A stretch of DNA of 64,000 bases from Octopus sinensis (lineage: Eukaryota), in assembly GCF_006345805.1 (NCBI RefSeq), contig NC_043011.1:67158464-67222463 (forward strand). Reading direction: 5' to 3'. Each line of letters starts with the position of its first letter. Position 1 is the first letter of the stretch. Positions 1-13,454 of the stretch are shown piece by piece. Made by a program: the position numbers and the translations under genes. The notes beneath the pieces are model-generated. The model saw nothing but the letters and a program-made list of their open reading frames with translations, made no database searches and was not told where the DNA came from.

Positions 1-672
1 ATTTTAAGTGATGTCCGTTTTCTAGAGCGTGAATGTGGGTTGTATGTGTGTGTGTGTGGGAGTATGAATAAGTATTGTGTTGAAGTATTTAGCTATTTTA
101 TTTATTTATAGTTGCCTAGACGTTTTTATGTGTATGTATAGGGATATATATATAGGTGTGTGATTTAGTGTATGTAGTTAGATATGGTTATATATAATTA
201 GGTATATGTGTATGGGTGTATATATAGTTTATTATTATATTATAATAAATTTTTGTTTTGTTTTATATTTTATATTTTATATTTAATTGTTGATAGGTTT
301 ATTTTAGTTTATATATTGTTTATATATTGATTATATATGGATTATATATAGGTTATATATGGATTATATATTTATATTTTTTCATTCATACTTTAATTAT
401 TTTAAAATTATTATTTTTATATTTTAAAATATTGATATTTTAGATTGGAAGTCCACCTGAAGATTGTCGATCAAGACAAGAAACAATTGTAGTGGCGGTT
501 TTTTTTGACTATTTATTAAAATTTTATGTATTGATTAAGTCTTTCCTTGTTTGTTTTGCAAAATAGTGGTTTTGTCTCTAATAATATTTTATAATATTTT
601 ACTATAAAATTGGATTAATCCTAAATCTGATTTTTTCCTGTAAATTTGGATTTATTCCCTAATTGTTATTTT
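1..672 (+). mobile_element. 3' end (pseudo-LTR) of a Penelope-like element, family A, running into (TA)n
   Basis: Reverse complement of ~2150-2826 and direct copy of ~7225-7730; contains the hammerhead at 453-495. Confidence 0.8.
453..495 (+). ncRNA. Minimal type I hammerhead ribozyme (family A)
   Basis: ccac-CTGAAGA-ttgtc(gatcaa)gacaa-GAAA-caattg-TA-gtgg: canonical core, stems I and II, palindromic stem III, GUA site. Confidence 0.85.
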
Positions 673-679
673 TTATATA

Positions 680-714
<35 letters not shown>

Positions 715-736
715 GATAGATGATAGATAGATAGAT

Positions 737-809
<73 letters not shown>

Positions 810-836
810 TAGATATATAGATATTTATATATTATA

Positions 837-875
<39 letters not shown>

Positions 876-2107
876 ATAAAATAAAAATAACTGGAACCAA
901 GAGGTGAAACGAAACGACGAATCGGAACGAATATATATATATATTATATATTATATATATATATATATAATATATATTATATTATATATATATATACATG
1001 TGTGTGTGTACCAGAATTTGCTTTACCCCTCTATTGATTAATAGTGCTAATATAACTAACTGACATAAGGAGATCTCCAATAAAGAAACAAAGAGTAATC
1101 TGATCGTCATTAATTTGATAGTGATGTGTTTCTATTGCGTTGTGTGAATATATAAAGGTTTCGTTAATCGCCAAACAATAAGAACCATCAGTTATTTATT
1201 TCAAATTACAGGTTGTGTATAAGTGAGTTAATATTTACTGATCAAAATGTTCTGCTATAGAAACCAAGCCACTGTTTAGCAGTGATTTATTCGGGAATGG
1301 TCATGACTACATTGTTATATCATTTAACACATATTCAATCATTCTATGAGAGGATAGTATCACGCTTACCTTTAGCGGAAACCTCTGCTTACTTTCTGAA
1401 ATGTGTTGATTCAGCCGTTCTATATAATCTTCAAGATATTATGACAACGAAGATATAAGCGACCCAGTTACTAAACCTTTCTCTTTTATTCATTTAACCC
1501 GTACGTATTTAAGATCAATCTCTACTTGGTTGCAAGACCATGTGTATCCTAGAGTTATATGTATTTTGAAGAGTGGATCGTTCAGAAAATTATATATACA
1601 ATTAGCATTGTTAGTCATTTAGCCTATTTTTAACTGTAGAATTAAATACTTCCCGATCTAAATCAAAATTACATTCCATTACCTAAACTACTTTATTCAT
1701 TATATTATATTTTAATTGAAACTAATTTTTTAAGATCAAATTAATAATTTGAGTAGATAATATTTGCAGCTGGATATATGAACATTAATCTGGTTTTTTA
1801 CCATTAGGAGGAAACAATTTAAGATGTGTTGCGAACTCATCCTTGTGTACACTTCAGCGCCATTGGTTCCTATCAAATGCGAGATCAGTTATATTATTAA
1901 ATCTAATATAGCATCTGGCTACTGCATTTAAAATTAGCAGAGGACATACTGTTTAAATAATTAAATACATACGACTAAATGGTCATTGATAATTGAATAC
2001 ATGTACTAAAACAAAATCATTTTTACGTGGTTGATAAATTACGTTTTACTTTTAATTAAAGTATGCATATAGATAGATAGATAGGCAGACATAAATATAT
2101 AAAAACC

Positions 2108-2150
<43 letters not shown>

Positions 2151-2322
2151 AATATTAGGGAATAAATCCAAATTTACAGGGAAAAAATCAGATTTAGGAT
2201 TAAATCCAATTTTATAGTAAAATATTATAAAATATTATTAGAGACAAAACCACTATTTTGCAAAACAAACAAGGAAAGACTTAATCAATACATAAAATTT
2301 TAATAAATAGTCAAAAAAACCG

Positions 2323-2365
2323 CCACTACAATCGTTTCTTGTCTTGATCGACAATCTTCAGGTGG
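2323..2365 (-). ncRNA. Type I hammerhead ribozyme (family A)
   Basis: Reverse complement reads ccac-CTGAAGA-ttgtcgatcaagacaa-GAAA-cgattg-TA-gtgg. Confidence 0.85.
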
Positions 2366-2799
2366 ACTTCCAATCTAAAAAATCAATATTTTAAAATATA
2401 AAAATAATAATTTTAAAATAATTAAAGTATGAATGAAAAAATATAAGTATATAATCCATATATAACCTATATATAATCCATATATAATCAATATATAAAC
2501 AATATATAAACTAAAAAAACTATCAACAATTAAATATAAAATATAAAATATAAAATATAAAATATAAAACAAAACAAAAAAATAATAATAATATAATAAT
2601 AAACTATATATACACCCATACACATATACCTAATTATATATAACCATATCTAACTACATACACTAAATGACACACCTATATATATATCCCTATACATACA
2701 CATAAAAACGTCTAGGCAACTATAAATAAATAAAATAGCTAAATACTTCAACACAATACTTATTCATACTCCCACACACACACACATACAACCCACATT

Positions 2800-4410
2800 C
2801 ACGCTCTAGAAAACGGACATCACTCAAAACTATGAACGGAGAAATGGAATAATTGGAATTAAAAATTATATTCACTTGGTAAAACAAACACTACTTAAAA
2901 ATTATGAATGAAACAATGCAATAAAACAACAGACATCGCAAATAGACACAAATTACTACGAATTCCTTAACAAACCTACCATGATAAATCAAAACTCATA
3001 AAAACATATAATGATAAAATCTCCCTTTACTAAACTCTATAACAAACCTATATAGCAATCCCCCTAACCTAAACATTCACACACAAATACACACACTTAA
3101 ACCACACACCCACGACATATACAAATACCCACACCACTTACACATACCAATACAAACATATAAACCTCAACATATACTCCAAAAACCCACTCAACCCCAC
3201 ACAGACAAATAAACACAAAAATTATGAATGGATTCTTTTATAAAACTACCATGATAAGCTAAAACTCACAAAACATAAATGATAAAACCTCCCTTTACTA
3301 AACACTATAACATACTTATATAGCAATCCCGTTAACCTATACATTCACACACAAAAACACACACGTAAACCACACACCCATAACAAATACAAACACCCAC
3401 AAGTACATATAAGCCTCAACATATACACCAAACAAAATTACTTTACCAAGGAACTTAACATATGTATAAAAAGTATAACCGCTCTGGAAACGAACATCTC
3501 TAAATTAATGAATGGAGAAATGGAATAAATGGAATTAAAAATAATATTCACGTGGAAAAACGAACACCACTCAAAAATTATGAATGAAACAATGTAATAA
3601 AACAACCAACATCGAAAATAGACAAATTACCACGAATTCCCTAAAAAAACCATGATAAACCAAAACTCATAAAAACATATAACGATAAAATCTCCCTTTG
3701 CTAAACTCTATAACAAACCTATATAGCAATCCCCCTAACCTAAACATTCACACACAAATACACACACGTAAACCACAGACCCACGACTTATACACATACC
3801 TATACTAACTTATAAACCTCAATATACACCAAAACCCACTCCCTCCCCACACAGACAAATTAACACATACATCCCAAAACCTAAATAACAAACCCATATA
3901 CACATTCACACACAAACACACACACACGCAAAACACACACACACAACAGATACATATACTCCCTCACATATACGCATATACATACTCACTAAACTCGATA
4001 TATACAACAATATTACACACCCACACTCATACAGATAAATAAATTATACAACTAAAAACTCACACACAATCTCATATACATAAACACTCCTATGAAAACA
4101 ACATTAATACATCGTAATTAACCAGAATATCAAAAATAACAATATGACATAAGGATAAATAATACATACTTACAAGTCAGTTTCAAATTATGAAGTGAAA
4201 TTAAATTCTTAGCCGTTAAAAAAACCAAACCAAAATTACGTTACCATAGATATAACTTATGTAAAAAAAAGAATACGCGCCATAGAAAGTAAACGTCATT
4301 TAAATTATGAATGGAGAAATAGAATAAATGGAACTAAAAACTATATCCACGTAGCAAACCAACACTACTTAAAAAATTTATTATGAATGGATTCTTTAAA
4401 AAACTACCAT
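2800..4410. repeat. Degenerate internal tandem duplications in the PLE 3' UTR
   Basis: Block atgaa(c/t)ggagaaat(g/a)gaataa..tggaa recurs at ~2832, ~3508 and ~4307; taacctaaacattcacacacaaa-like motif at ~3065, ~3333 and ~3736. Confidence 0.7.
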
Positions 4411-5866
4411 GAAAAATCATTATATACATTTATGAGCTTTAGCTCACCTTAGCAGCTCTAACAAACAACTTGCAGTAACCCAAACCTATTCTCGATGCCT
4501 ACCTCACTACCACACTAATCCATTCACAATTCCAAGCAACGCTAGTCCACCACCCGGTTACAATTCCCAACTCCACCCATTCATTCACAATTTCAACGAC
4601 GTTCGCCTCCACAGCGCTACATATAAGCCTCAACATATACACCGGAGATACACTTACACATCCGTGCGGATGGGTGAGAGTATACATTGAGTGTAGTGAT
4701 GGGGCTCCCATTACTATACACATTTGTACCTGTGTGGTAGTCTCCATGTGTATATTCACGCACGGGTATAAATGCAGGGGGTACACGCGCACGTCATGTG
4801 CGTGTACCCCCTCACATGTACATATGCATGCTATTTGGGCTCGATATATGCAACAATGTAATCGCGCCCGCATACATGCATATGGGCGAATTGCACAATC
4901 AAAAAACGCACACGTGTGTGTGTGCGTTCCCTGGTTGTGCAATTCACCCATCTGGGTGTGAGTGGGTGTAAGCGTATCGCTGTGGATGTCGAGCTTGATA
5001 CGTATGTATATGAGTGTGTATTAGGGGGTTGTACGTATTAATTGTGTGCATGTGCTTCACGCACTTGCGTCCATGTATGGATGAATATATTGGGATTACT
5101 ATGTGCGTGTAAATTGGGTATGGAGGGGGGAGTTTTGTCATTGTATGGGTGTGGGTTTCATTTATGATGGTGGTTAGTTGGTGATTTTTAGTATGTTCTG
5201 TATATTTGGGTTAGTTATGTATTATTCTAGTGTGTATAATTGTATACATATAATTGGTGTGAATGGGATTACGCCCATTTTTGGGGATGTATGTGTTTAT
5301 TTTCCATGTGGGGCGGGAGTGGCCGTTAGTATATTGCTGAGGCTCACATGCAATTCCAGGTACAGCGAATGAAGTGGGCACTTATATTGTTATGGTGTGT
5401 GTACATATTATAACAGACAATACCCAAATAAAATCTGTCAATTCAACATACCAAATAAAAAACAAAAAACAAAGGGATCTTAACATTCACACATACATAC
5501 AAAACTCAATAAAAACACCACTAAATAACACCCATAAACATATAAATATATCCTCCAAAATACATATAACAATGCATAATAAAAAACATAAATAAAATAA
5601 AATTTAAAAAAAAAAAAAATTAAAAAAAAAAAATATATATATAAATAAAGAAAAAAAGAAATAAAAAAGAAAAAATCTAATATAAATTATTAAAGTTTTA
5701 ACGTACCATAAACTGTTAAATTAATATACATTAAAAATGAACTAATTAAAACAAAGAAATATCAATAAAGACTAACTATAATTAAAGCCTAGACAACATA
5801 ACCAAAAATATATTATCTAAACTAATTTAAACTAAACTAGAGTAACCTAAAAGGGAACTATTATTG

Positions 5867-6780
5867 CTATTTATCATGAAACTTATTATATAGGTAAAGT
5901 AACTTATGTCTGCATTTTATTTTGCGCTCTTCACCAGTATTAAGTAAATTATCATACTTATAAAATAAAATTTCTTTAAACTCATTAGAGCATAAATAAC
6001 AACAATTAGCTCCTATAGTATATGATTTAGTTTTACAAATTATTTCCCAAATTAAACTATAATTAATATTTAGTGATTTAAGACTCCAAATGTACTTACT
6101 AAGTCCGGTTGAGTTGATTAAGTTTTTATTTTTAAAAGAATTCATATGTTGTGCGATTCTTAGTTTATTTTTGAGGAAGTAGAACCTATATAAACCGCTT
6201 TTGTGTAATTATTATTCTTAAAGTTATTATCATGTAATGTAACTATACATTTATACACTACATCGTTAATATCACAATTATTATTTAATATACAATTAGA
6301 TTTATCTCTACATGTACAATTAATATAAGTCTTATCATTATTAATATTATTATCAAATAATTCTTTTATAAAAATTATTCAGTTTATATTTATTAAATGA
6401 AGAAATAATGTTACCAACATTATTAGTGGTAGAGTAACCAACTCCAAAATTATTAAAAGAGAAAATGTTTCTATATTTACGGTTATCTCTAATAAATAGT
6501 TCTATAACATCTAAAATCTCTTTAATAATATTCTTTTTACTTGATCTCCATAAGGAACTATAACCAAAATTTATTCTTATTAACCTTATTATTATTATCA
6601 TTATATAAATATATTTATAATTCTTTATTTTATTAAAATTATTATCAGAATTATATCTATGTACAGCATTTAAGGAATTATTAATATTATTAAATTTATC
6701 AATATAATTATTATAATAATTTTTAAATTTATTTTTATTTATATTATTCTTATTTATATTATTATTATTATATTTATTAT
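5867..6780 (-). pseudogene. Frameshifted Penelope-like GIY-YIG endonuclease and linker, RT absent
   Basis: Minus-strand translation gives CTCRDKSNCILNNNC...DVVYKC...VYIGST...STGLSKYIWSLK...WEII...CYLCSNE...LLN...KCRH, preceded by an FGYS...NIFSFNNFGVGYS linker and an Asn-rich tract. Confidence 0.8.
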
Positions 6781-6789
6781 TATTATTAT

Positions 6790-7215
6790 TATTCTTATTT
6801 ATATTTTTATCATTTTTATTATTTTTTTTATAATATATTATTATTCTTATTTATATTTTTATCATTTTTATTATTTTTTTTATAATATATTATTATTCTT
6901 ATTTATATTTTTATCATTTTTATTATTTTTTTTATAATATATTATTATTCTTATTTATATTTTTATCATTTTTATTATTTTTTTTATAATAATTATTATT
7001 CTTATTTATATTTTTATCATTTTTATTATTTTTTTTATAATATATTATTATTCTTATTTATATTTTTATCATTTTTATTATTTTTTTATAATATATTATT
7101 ATTCTTATTTATATTTTTATCATTTTTATTATTTTTTTTATTATATATTATTATTCTTATTTATATTTTTATCATTTTTATTATTTTTTTTATAATATAT
7201 TATTATTCTTATTTA
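6790..7215. repeat. ~8 copies of a 51-52 bp AT-rich tandem repeat
   Basis: attcttatttat recurs at 6791, 6843, 6895, 6947, 6998, 7050, 7101, 7153 and 7205. Confidence 0.9.
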
Positions 7216-7593
7216 TATTATTTTATTTATTTATAGTTGCCTAGACGTTTTTATGTGTATGTATAGGGATATATATATAGGTGTGTGATTTAGTGTATGT
7301 AGTTAGATATGGTTATATATAATTAGGTATATGTGTATGGGTGGTATATATAGTTTATTATTATATTATTATTATTTTTTGTTTTGTTTTATATTTTATA
7401 TTTTATATTTTATATTTTATATTTAATTGTTGATAGTTTTTTTTTAGTTTATATATTGTTTATATATTGATTATATATGGATTATATATAGGTTATATAT
7501 GGATTATATACTTATATTTTTTCATTCATACTTAATTATATTTTAAAATTATTATTCTTATATTTTAAAATATTGATTTTTTAGATTGGAAGT

Positions 7594-7634
7594 CCACTGA
7601 AGATTGTCGATCAGACAAGAAACGATTTTAGTGG
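7594..7634 (+). ncRNA. Degenerate hammerhead copy (family A) in the inverted pLTR
   Basis: cca-CTGAAGA-ttgtcgatcagacaa-GAAA-cgattt-TA-gtgg, with small indels and a substitution. Confidence 0.65.
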
Positions 7635-7915
7635 CGGTTTTTTTGACTATTTATTAAAATTTTATGTATTGATTAAGTCTTTCCTGTTTGTTTTGCAAAA
7701 TAGTGGTTTTGTCTCTAATAATATTTTATATATTATATTATATATATATATATAATATAATATATATATATTATATATATATATTATATCTATATATATA
7801 TATATATATCAGGTGGTGCTATTAAGTTAGACATGGCCTGGACCAAAATCTTTGGACGAAACATATCTAAGTTTATCTAAGTTTATATATATATCTATAT
7901 ATATATATATATATA

Positions 7916-7955
<40 letters not shown>

Positions 7956-8281
7956 GGTGTGTATGTATATATACACACACACATTTTAAACTTTTTTGTA
8001 CTGAAGAGGAACGATATATAGATAGATAGATACAGATAAGCAGATAAATATATAAATAGATATATGTGTGTGTGTGTGTGCGTGTGTGTGCGTGTGTGGT
8101 TGTCTACGCCTATGTGTGTGAGTATGTATACATAATGTTATAATTATAATGATACTACAACTTCGTCAACTTCTGTATAATAAACAATTACTAATATTTT
8201 CGTATTGAGAATTCTATGAGTGTAATTTAGAATTGATGATTTGAAATATATATATATATATACATATATATACATATATTT

Positions 8282-8367
<86 letters not shown>

Positions 8368-10688
8368 TTTTAAATTTACACTTGTTCTGTAAGATTCGTT
8401 TGAAAGTCGCAGGGGCCTTCACTTTAACACCTCGCGCGCGGAGAAGTAAATATATTTCATAAAATAGTTTACGCAGTAAGTCTGATTGGTAAGTGTTGGT
8501 TCAAAACAGAAAGCGAAATCAATCAATGCCCAAATGTCTATGGTCATATTTCTAAGGAAAAATGAAACAGGTTTTAAGCAATTATTTTTATAATTCCCTT
8601 TAGTTTCTGATTCTTCTGTCAACAGATCCCTTATTCCTTACTCAAAGTAGTTCCTGTCTATACTGGCGAAGAGTTACCCCAGGTGAATTTATACATTGCT
8701 GAAGGAAAGTCTGTTTAAAGAAAGTTGGTGCCGTCGAAAAAGATGGATATCCTAAAGCGTAAGTTGGTGTGAATATGTTGAGCGAGGCATTAATCCCCAG
8801 CCAAATACCAGTAACTTCTGCAGCGTCAGCAGAAAGTGTGGATCTGGAATAGGCACTTTACAAGACAATGCCCTTATGGTTAGCTAGTATTGAACACCTT
8901 TGGTGGCACGCTGCCTTTAATTTGTTCGGCCGATTACAGAACGCATCCGAATTTATATCCCTGTTCGTGGGAAGAGGCTCATAAAAGACAACGACCCTCG
9001 AATCCGTCTAAATTGAAAGCATATCTTTCTTCAAGTGCAGTCCTGCTCTGGAAGTTGCTTGCAATGATTCAACGTGCTTTTTCTATGCTCATTTATATTC
9101 ACACTGGTACAGATTATCTATTTTTACTTCCCTGTTGCATTTCTCTTCAAAGAACGATCGGCTTTTTACAAGCTTCTGCAACCAATCACAAATATACATT
9201 ATCTGAGTTGATGAGGGATCCAACTATCGAGTCTGCTGCCGTTTGCAAATGTTTGCAGTTTTTCAACCTTCGATTTGGATTTATGGGGAATACCTACGAT
9301 CATCCTGTTCGTATAAATGGGACTTTTGTCGCAGGGTGATAACAGCTGGCTGGAGAGAGTGAGGTGCAACTTGAACGGAAAACAATTCTTGAGCGTAAAC
9401 TTGATCGTAAACCATATTTAGCATGCACGTTCTGCTTCAGCATCCTCTCTGCACACAAGACATATCTTGCTGCAGGTTTCCACTGCTTTCTTACAACTTC
9501 TTTTTTAAAATCACCCAAGAGGCATGAGGTGCTGATAATGTTCGTTTTTGGTTCTCCATCTTCAGGGTGATCACAATCACAGAAAATACTTTCTTCCTCG
9601 TGGCAATTTCGTTTCGAACTGCGTTAATGTGTCAGATATAGAATGATAACGCATGTCCTATAGATAAAAAATTAAACGGTCTCAGGTAACTAATGTGTAT
9701 GTATGACTAAAGTAAAATCAGAAGGCGAACTAAATTTGGCCAGCCAAATATATGCATTTAAAAAACCAAAACAGCAAGATTGGGAACCATCTTTCTGTAA
9801 ATTCGAAATGAGCATTTAAGTCCATTTTATATGTTGGCAAGTAACAGAGTAGAGTCATTTTTATAGTTCTCTTAACAATTTCTTTGTATTATTTTTCTTT
9901 ATGGAGCAGTGATATTCTGAACATTTCAAGCAGCAAAGACTAATTTTTAAAGCAATGAATATCATTTCAGAAAACTAAGAACTGTTAATGTCTCAAAGGA
10001 ATTTTGGCAATTCGGTTATAATGTTTCCGATAACTTAATCTTTCAAGAGGAGAAATATATACGAAAATCATATTCGATGTATAGTGTGACTGGCGATCAA
10101 CATAACGAATTATATAGTGACTAATATGTGTGTGTATGTATGTATGTATGTATGTATGTATGTATGTATGTATGTATGTATGTATGTATGTACGTACGTA
10201 ATTATATATTTACATATGTATATATGTATGTATATATATAATGGAACAAAAATGAAATAGAGGACAATAAAACATTCGGACAATAAAACGATGCAAAGGC
10301 GGACAGGAGAAACAACAATTAGAAGAACGGGCAAAAAAGACGGGTGATTCGTGGCCTTCTTTTCTCAGTCAAGTTACCAGAAGTCCTTACTGTTTCGGGC
10401 AATTACACACGTGAGACAGCTCGATCTGGTTGCCCCACAAAAAGTCAAAGCTAAGGGAATTAGATTTTTTGGTAAGAAAGCTAGCGAATGTGTACGGCAA
10501 AAAAGGCAAAACACGGAGAACATAGGTACACAATTACAAATACAAAGAAGAAAATGACTACAGGTGTATTTCGACTGAGAACGAATCAAACTGAGTTAAC
10601 GTGTATGAAGTAAAAGCCTAAAGGCAAGAACATAGGAGATGGACATAAGAGGTGTTGGTATATATATATATATATATGTGTTCCCTAA

Positions 10689-10734
10689 GACACCTGATGA
10701 AGGCAGGACGGTATGTCAGCCGAAACGCTGTGTC
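10689..10734 (+). ncRNA. Minimal type I hammerhead-like motif in a short PLE pLTR fragment
   Basis: gacac-CTGATGA-aggc...gcc-GAAA-cg-CT-gtgtc; U16.1 appears mutated to C. Confidence 0.65.
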
Positions 10735-11175
10735 AACAACAAACAAGATGAGAACAAATATCCGTCAAATGTAAATAATTTAAATAATGTTTGTGATGTT
10801 TGCCAAGCAAGGAGAAGAAAGAAGAAATAAGTAAACAGTTTAAGAAAGAGGGGGGGGGATAAAGACGTTTAATTTCGGACTTGTTTTTTCAATAACATGT
10901 GACCTTTTAGAGTGGGGAAGGAAAAGAAATGTTTATATTTGAATAGATTTTGGTCTTTAATTGAATAAACAGATGTTTCTCTCTAACTATAAACGACTTT
11001 TTGATAAATCCGATAAGGGAAGAAAGCGCTAAAAGCGTAAATAAAATGTAAATAAAAACACATATATATATACATAAGCATACAACAGTCTCACTACCAT
11101 ATTTTTCTAAATATACAATATCTGTACATCACTTGAAACACACCCTCTCTCAGTATATGTATGTATGTATGTATA

Positions 11176-11238
<63 letters not shown>

Positions 11239-11911
11239 CGGGAAGCTTTATGAAAATAAACAAAAGACGAAGGCTGGTGGAATATAAATAAACAATTGTA
11301 TTAGTATGGCGCTCAGGAATATAAATAAAACAAATCTTATATACATATATATGTATGTATGTATTCACAATTAAGTTAAAGCCATTATTTAATGATTTAT
11401 TGGCGGCCAGCGTACTAACAGGACCATATTAGTTCATATGTATATAAGTATAATTATTTTACATTTTCTATTTGTTATAATTATATACATATATATATAT
11501 ATATAAGGTTCTGCGTTCTATAGCCTTGCGCTTGTGAGTGGTTTTTGTAAACGAAAACTGAAAGAAATATGTCGTATATATATATATATATATATATAAA
11601 TATTTATTACATAAAAATAAACAATTACTAGCTTAACAATCTCCATTTTCATTTTCTTTTTCTTCTTTTATATGAATATAAACTATATTGTTTTGTAAAT
11701 ATACCGAAGTTAATTTTTCCCCTAAAACACTTCAAGGCGATGCTCCAGCATTGCCGTAATCAAATAACTGAAAAACACAAGAATAAAAGGATATGTATTC
11801 ATAGAAGGTGGTGCTCCAGTCACCGTGGTTGATCGCTAAATCAACAAGTTCTTTTTCTCTTTCTTTTTATTTCCTCGTGTTCTTTTCTGTTGAAGAACGT
11901 AGGCTCAAAAC

Positions 11912-11945
<34 letters not shown>

Positions 11946-12069
11946 TAGCCTCATGAAGGGGTGGTTTCTTCGAAGGAAATAATGGTTCAATACCTATTAA
12001 TTTGTGGGAATTAACTTTCTTAAAATGATAGGTATGTATATATAAAAACATATAGTGTATATTCATATG

Positions 12070-12107
<38 letters not shown>

Positions 12108-12138
12108 TGTGTGTATGTGTGTGTATGTGTGTGTGTGT

Positions 12139-12173
12139 GTTTCCGACGAAGTGCTCCGCTCGAAACGTCAAAC
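12139..12173 (+). ncRNA. Minimal hammerhead-like motif, U4C core variant
   Basis: gttt-CCGACGA-a-gtgc(tcc)gctc-GAAA-cg-TC-aaac. Confidence 0.55.
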
Positions 12174-12297
12174 TCTCCTTCTTTCCTTCTTTCCTGAGCG
12201 TCCAATAATACTATATATGTTCCACGTCCTCGCGTTGTTGTGTTTTTTGTGCTTTCTTGTTCGGATTAACTTTATATATATATATAGAATATATATA

Positions 12298-13192
12298 ATA
12301 TATAGTAAAGTAAATAAGAGGGCTAGCAGCAGGCTGTTTCGCCTCATACCGAAGGAATTAGAAATGGCAGTCTACTCCGATTTTGTGTATGTGAGCCGCA
12401 CGGGCCTTCGTTTTTGGAATCTCCACTTACAGAAAATGGAAAAAAACAGTCTTTGACTGCCATTTCTAATTCCTCCGGTATGAGGCGATACAGCCTGCTG
12501 CTAGCCCTCTTATTTACTTTACTATATACTGAACCTTACAAAGTTCCTGACGATAAATTTGTCGTATTTACATACCGAAATTTACCGGTAAATATTTGTT
12601 GGTTACATGAAAACCCACAGAAAAATTATTTACCATTTTTATTGCATTACCATGTGGATTCCTCATTCCATTACGATTACCCAGAAGGCGCGCATGGCAG
12701 AATTTTGGAGGGAAAATTTACGTTCCCAGTCGTTACTTAGTTTTAACATCTGCGCACTTCCCCCCACTATCTGATGTCGCTGGGTCAGAAGTGAGGGCCT
12801 GTGGCATTTGGTAAAGCTATCGAATATAGCGCCGATGACGGAAATCAAACTACTTTTCTATGTTTGTGATCCAGAAACATGTTCGTTATTAACGGTAAGT
12901 GACTGTTTGCGTATATTTGCTACTCCGGTTTTGTGTATGTGAGCCGCACGGGCGTTCGTTTTTGGAATCTCCACTTACAGAAAAGGGAAAAAACAGTCTT
13001 TGACTGCCATTTCTAACTCATTCGGTATGAAGCGAAACAGCCTGCTGCTAGCCCTCTTATTTACTTTACTATATACTGAACCTTACAAAGTTCCTGACGA
13101 TAAATTTGTCGTATTTACATACCGAAATTTACCGGTAAATAATTGTTGGTTACATGAAAAACCACAGAAAAATTATTACCATTTTTTTTTTG

Positions 13193-13195
<3 letters not shown>
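12298..13195 (+). mobile_element. Retrozyme-like non-coding element: 1.5 copies of a 548-bp unit plus a short 5' inverted segment, in (TA)n
   Basis: ctactccg at 12372 and 12920; 12298-12372 is the reverse complement of 12455-12527; HHR at 12826-12889. Confidence 0.7.
12826..12889 (+). ncRNA. Type I hammerhead with long stem II, U4C core variant
   Basis: atagcg-CCGATGA-cgga..tcaaac(loop)gtttgtga.tcca-GAAA-catg-TT-cgttat; palindromic stem III. Confidence 0.65.
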
Positions 13196-13238
<43 letters not shown>

Positions 13239-13454
13239 TATATTATATATATATATATATATATTAACTTTATATTAGATTAACTTTATATATATATATA
13301 TTATATGGTGATGGTTAAATGGTTTTGATTGAGTAAGTATATAATAATAAAAGGAGTAAAATACCCTGAAAATTTACCTTCAACAAATGAAAGCAAGTAT
13401 TTGCAGCATTTATCTATGATAAAGTTCGCTAGTTCTCAGAGAATGAGTATATGA

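Larger units (their letters stand above)
2150..7730 (-). mobile_element. 5'-truncated Penelope-like element (family A) with long 3' UTR and an inverted pLTR at 7225-7730
   Basis: GIY-YIG coding remnant on - at 5867-6780, HHR at 2323-2365, inverted terminal copy, both ends in (TA)n. Confidence 0.8.

Noticed and set aside
8640-9640. Possible decayed DNA transposase (IPVTSAASAE resembles the hAT dimerisation motif)
   Set aside because: Only one weak motif, with no TIRs or continuous frame.
10375-10450. Hammerhead-like 3' half on - (gggcaa..ttgccc-GAAA-cag-TA-aggac)
   Set aside because: The CUGANGA core is not recognisable; probably a decayed pLTR.
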